Virus record (IMG/VR): IMGVR_UViG_3300025865_000006
Coordinates: 32,001-96,000 of that record
Length of the DNA: 64,000 nucleotides
Reading direction: 5' to 3' (one strand)
Source: a virus
Part shown: positions 61,254 through 64,000 of the stretch, in pieces
Layout: every line of letters starts with the position of its first letter
Numbering within the stretch: position 1 is the first letter of the stretch
Notes under the pieces: generated by a model
Told to the model about the DNA's origin: nothing
What the model saw: only the letters and a program-made list of their open reading frames with translations
Databases searched by the model: none
Made by a program: the position numbers and the translations under genes

Positions 61254-61763
61254 TCATCTAATATATCTTACCCTCACGTCTATAAGTCCAAGTTTCATTG
61301 ATCCACCAATGGCCTTAAAATCGGCTAGATTCAAATCAATGATTCTGCCCGCACGTTGCATCGCCAGATCGGGTCCAGCGTCATTGCTGCGTCTGATTAT
61401 ACACCCGGCAGGACCACAAACTTCAACTTTTATGCCACGGCCTTCTGGTAGCGCGAGCAACCCTGCATATCCGGGTCCGTAAGTGGAAGCAGTTCCGTAC
61501 TTTACCTTATAGTATATCGAGACAGATTTAGGAGTGGGTTTTGGAGTTGGTTTGGGTGTAGGTTTAGGAGTTGGCTTTGGAGTTGGAATAGGGGTTGCTA
61601 CCAAAGTTGGAATTGGTGTTGGTGTTGATACTGGTTCAAAGATGAACGCCACTCTAAAATTTTCAGGGGCATAGCTAACTGGTTGATTAGAATTAGTGGG
61701 TGTAGGAACGGTCGCCGCTACTACAATTAGACCTAGCACTAAGGCTGGCAATTTTCTTTTCAT
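61254..61763 (-). CDS. Secreted RlpA-like (DPBB) protein with Pro/Thr linker
   Basis: Signal peptide; (PKPT)n linker; GTASTY...NDAGP...RIIDL...F...G.IDV. Confidence 0.7.
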   Translation of the reverse strand: MKRKLPALVLGLIVVAATVPTPTNSNQPVSYAPENFRVAFIFEPVSTPTPIPTLVATPIPTPKPTPKPTPKPTPKPTPKSVSIYYKVKYGTASTYGPGYAGLLALPEGRGIKVEVCGPAGCIIRRSNDAGPDLAMQRAGRIIDLNLADFKAIGGSMKLGLIDVRVRYIR

Positions 61764-62364
61764 AGGTCTACCTCCGTGTTACTAATTTATTTTAAAAATT
61801 TCTTTTTAGTCTTTTCTTTTCCTTTCGTGCCCACTCCCTACGTTGTTTACGATTCATATTAATTACCCGCTCGAACTCTTCGTCGGGTATTCTAATTTCC
61901 TTCTTAAGGAGTGGCTGTGCTACATCTATTGTTCTGATATATCCTGTATCTGAGTTCATTTTCTAGCCTCCCAACCGTCTTTACCATAAATTAATCCTAG
62001 TGTTTTTATGAACCCTTGTACTTTCCAATAACAATCATGGCAAGCGTCCCGCTCTACGCGAGTTTTGTCTGTACTTGTCCCAAATTGTATAATGTAGAAG
62101 TCTTCGATTCTCATTTCGTTTTTACAAAGGTCACAGAACCTTTTAATCACTACTTCTCCTTATCTGAAAACAAGGGAAAACTTGGACGTTGATCTAGTAC
62201 CGCGTCCTTTGGTATAATATCTACATCTCTTCCACCACATTTACAACATATCCAGATTTTGACTAATTGCTTTGTCCCCTTCAAAGTTTTCTTCCCAAGT
62301 CTAATTGGGGCGAAGCAACATTTACTCCTATATTTATAGTCTAGAAACAATACTTACATCTCCT

Positions 62365-62430
62365 TTGTACAGAATTCTGTACAACTCTGTTCAGTTCTGT
62401 ACAGAGTATAACAGTACTGTACAGTATATA
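62365..62430. repeat. 10-bp-phased CTGTACAG-like palindromic octamers
   Basis: TTGTACAG 62365, CTGTACAA 62377, CTGTTCAG 62387, CTGTACAG 62397, TATAACAG 62407, CTGTACAG 62417. Confidence 0.8.
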
Positions 62431-62455
62431 TCTGGACCCCCCTCCGCTCACTCTC

Positions 62456-62484
62456 AGTGTAACAAGGTTGGGTCCGAGGTTCAA
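62456..62484 (-). promoter_or_regulatory. Leftward promoter TTGAAC-N17-TACACT
   Basis: TTGAACCTCG, identical to 9408; heads the 62.3-52.7 kb minus-strand block. Confidence 0.6.
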
Positions 62485-62565
62485 GCTAGCCAAGGTTAAG
62501 AAAGGTTAACAATTCAACGAGGCCCGTCCAGCCTCCCACCCGTAGTGTAATATGAGGTACAGCGC

Positions 62566-63006
62566 ATGAAGCCCAAAATTTACGATTACTATGTTTTAGT
62601 GTACAATCCCAATCATGAAAGAGCGGTGGAAGCCGGTTACGTTTCAGAACAAATACTGGTTGCTGAAAAGGTTCTTGGGCGTCCACTGTCACAAGACGAA
62701 GATGTACGGCATGTAAATGGCGATACACAAGATAACAGCCCAAACAATTTAGAGATTGTTTCTGTTAATCACGGGTATAAAGTTTTTTCATTGGGGGAAA
62801 CTCCCAATAAACGATCCCTAAAAGGATCAAAGACGTATATGGCCTGTAAATATCAAAAGCCATGCTGGAAAATGATTAGATCACCCATCATTAAAGAGCA
62901 CAAGGTATTTTTGCCATATATATGCAGCTATCAAACAGCAGGTGATATCTATAAATGTTCCCATTTTTGGAATTTCCTGGGTGAGGATAAAGAAAGGAGT
63001 GAATAA
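62566..63006 (+). CDS. HNH endonuclease-like protein (probably degenerate)
   Basis: GYVSEQILVAEKVLGRPL..EDVRHVNGD..DN...NL; the usual EHR and HH residues are altered. Confidence 0.7.
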   Translation: MKPKIYDYYVLVYNPNHERAVEAGYVSEQILVAEKVLGRPLSQDEDVRHVNGDTQDNSPNNLEIVSVNHGYKVFSLGETPNKRSLKGSKTYMACKYQKPCWKMIRSPIIKEHKVFLPYICSYQTAGDIYKCSHFWNFLGEDKERSE

Positions 63007-63008
63007 TA

Positions 63009-64000
63009 GTGGTCTATGAACCAATGGGTTTATCTAAGACAATTTTTAAAGAAAGGTATACAATTCATCCAGATGAGACATGGGTAGAGGCTTCAAGACG
63101 AATATCAAGACATGTAGCCTCTGCGGAAGACAATGGGCATAAGCCTGTAACAGAGGAACTATTCTACGAAGAGGTTGTAGAGAACCGATTTATGCCCGGT
63201 GGGAGAATATGGTATGGTAGTGGTCGCCCTCGTGCTCAGTTACTTAATTGTTTCGTTGTCCCTACGAGTGATAGTCGTGAGGGTTGGGGTAAAACAATAT
63301 CCGACGTTATTGTGGTCAGTGGTATGGGCGGTGGTGTCGGTATCAATTGCTCTCCTATTCGGCCTAGAGGGAGCCGCATTAGTGGGACTGGTGGCATTGC
63401 TACTGGTGCTGTTTCTTTAATGCAAATGATCAACGGCGTGGGAGATGTACTAGTCGGCGGCGGTGGCCGAAGATTAGCATTAATGTTAGACCTAAATATA
63501 ACACATCCCGATCTTTCTGAGTTTCTAGACAAAAAATTAGACCAAAATGAGTTAACGAACGCTAATATATCTGTTATAATTGATAAGCGACTTCCTGCTG
63601 AGTCTTTTGTTAAGAAAGTAAGAAAAGGCGAGGATTTTGAACCAGTCTTTGGTAGTACACGTTTTCCAAAGGTTAATGCCAAAGATATTTGGGAAAAAAT
63701 CGTTACCAATGCTTGGACTAGTGGAGAACCGGGAGTTCTAAATGGCGATCTTGCGAACAAGGAAAGTAATATTTGGTATCATAAGCCTCTTATCTCTACT
63801 AACCCATGTGGTGAGATTTGGTTGGAGGAATACGGTAGTTGTGATCTTGGCGCTCTTGTCCTACCCCGTTTTGTTTCTAACAATAGGATGTTGGACTGGG
63901 ATCAATTACGTAAAACTATTAACACAGCGGTTCGTTTTTTGGATAACGTTTTAAGTGTTAATGAGTACCCATTACAGGCTATAAGAGATAATAATAACTA
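63009..64000 (+). CDS. nrdJ: Ribonucleotide reductase, probably class II (B12-dependent), 3'-partial; not in ORF track
   Basis: GTG 63009 after AAGGAG. My translation gives FMPGGRIW..G...QLLNCFV, GGGVG, GEPG, TNPCGEIWL..YGSCDLG, VRFLDNV. Confidence 0.88.
   Translation, partial: MVYEPMGLSKTIFKERYTIHPDETWVEASRRISRHVASAEDNGHKPVTEELFYEEVVENRFMPGGRIWYGSGRPRAQLLNCFVVPTSDSREGWGKTISDVIVVSGMGGGVGINCSPIRPRGSRISGTGGIATGAVSLMQMINGVGDVLVGGGGRRLALMLDLNITHPDLSEFLDKKLDQNELTNANISVIIDKRLPAESFVKKVRKGEDFEPVFGSTRFPKVNAKDIWEKIVTNAWTSGEPGVLNGDLANKESNIWYHKPLISTNPCGEIWLEEYGSCDLGALVLPRFVSNNRMLDWDQLRKTINTAVRFLDNVLSVNEYPLQAIRDNNN

Noticed and set aside
61530-61625. 12-nt tandem repeat as a DNA element
   Set aside because: It encodes the PKPT linker with synonymous variation, so it is a protein-level repeat.
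1-64000. Stop-codon reassignment
   Set aside because: Long recognisable genes are intact under the standard code, TAA, TAG and TGA all serve as stops, and no suppressor tRNA is present.

Overview
A 64-kb segment of a large tailed dsDNA phage genome, about 40-42% GC by eye. No capsid, terminase, DNA polymerase or integrase genes are in the window. Layout: (1) 1-9.2 kb, + strand: end of the tail module, a GT4 glycosyltransferase, a C39-like endolysin and a holin. (2) 9.5-22.3 kb, + strand: replication, recombination and nucleotide genes (gp32-like SSB, DnaB, PD-(D/E)XK nucleases, dCMP deaminase, XF1762/Mom-like acyltransferase, tandem dNMP kinases, two free-standing LAGLIDADG endonucleases, DEDD exonuclease). 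(3) 22.3-30.7 kb, - strand: small genes including RuvB and DUF2786. (4) 31.4-52.5 kb, + strand: an early-type block of tiny ORFs with tRNA-His, tRNA-Tyr, a pseudo-tRNA, an RNA ligase, a dual-specificity phosphatase, a RadC/JAB protein and a protein kinase. (5) 52.7-62.4 kb, - strand: methyltransferase, DUF550, IMPDH/GMPR and RlpA-like genes. (6) An HNH-like gene and the start of a ribonucleotide reductase. The most unusual items are these. First, a ~1.4-kb tRNA-associated island of structured non-coding RNA (36.8-38.2 kb) containing two copies of an unrecognised motif with a compensatory stem. Second, a 49.4-52.6 kb control region made of nested inverted repeats and perfect purine/pyrimidine-alternating tracts around two GC-rich genes. 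Third, near-complete avoidance of CCWGG across the window, with surviving sites clustered in that control region, two of them directly abutting -10 boxes. All family calls come from motif recognition by eye; no searches or folding programs were run.
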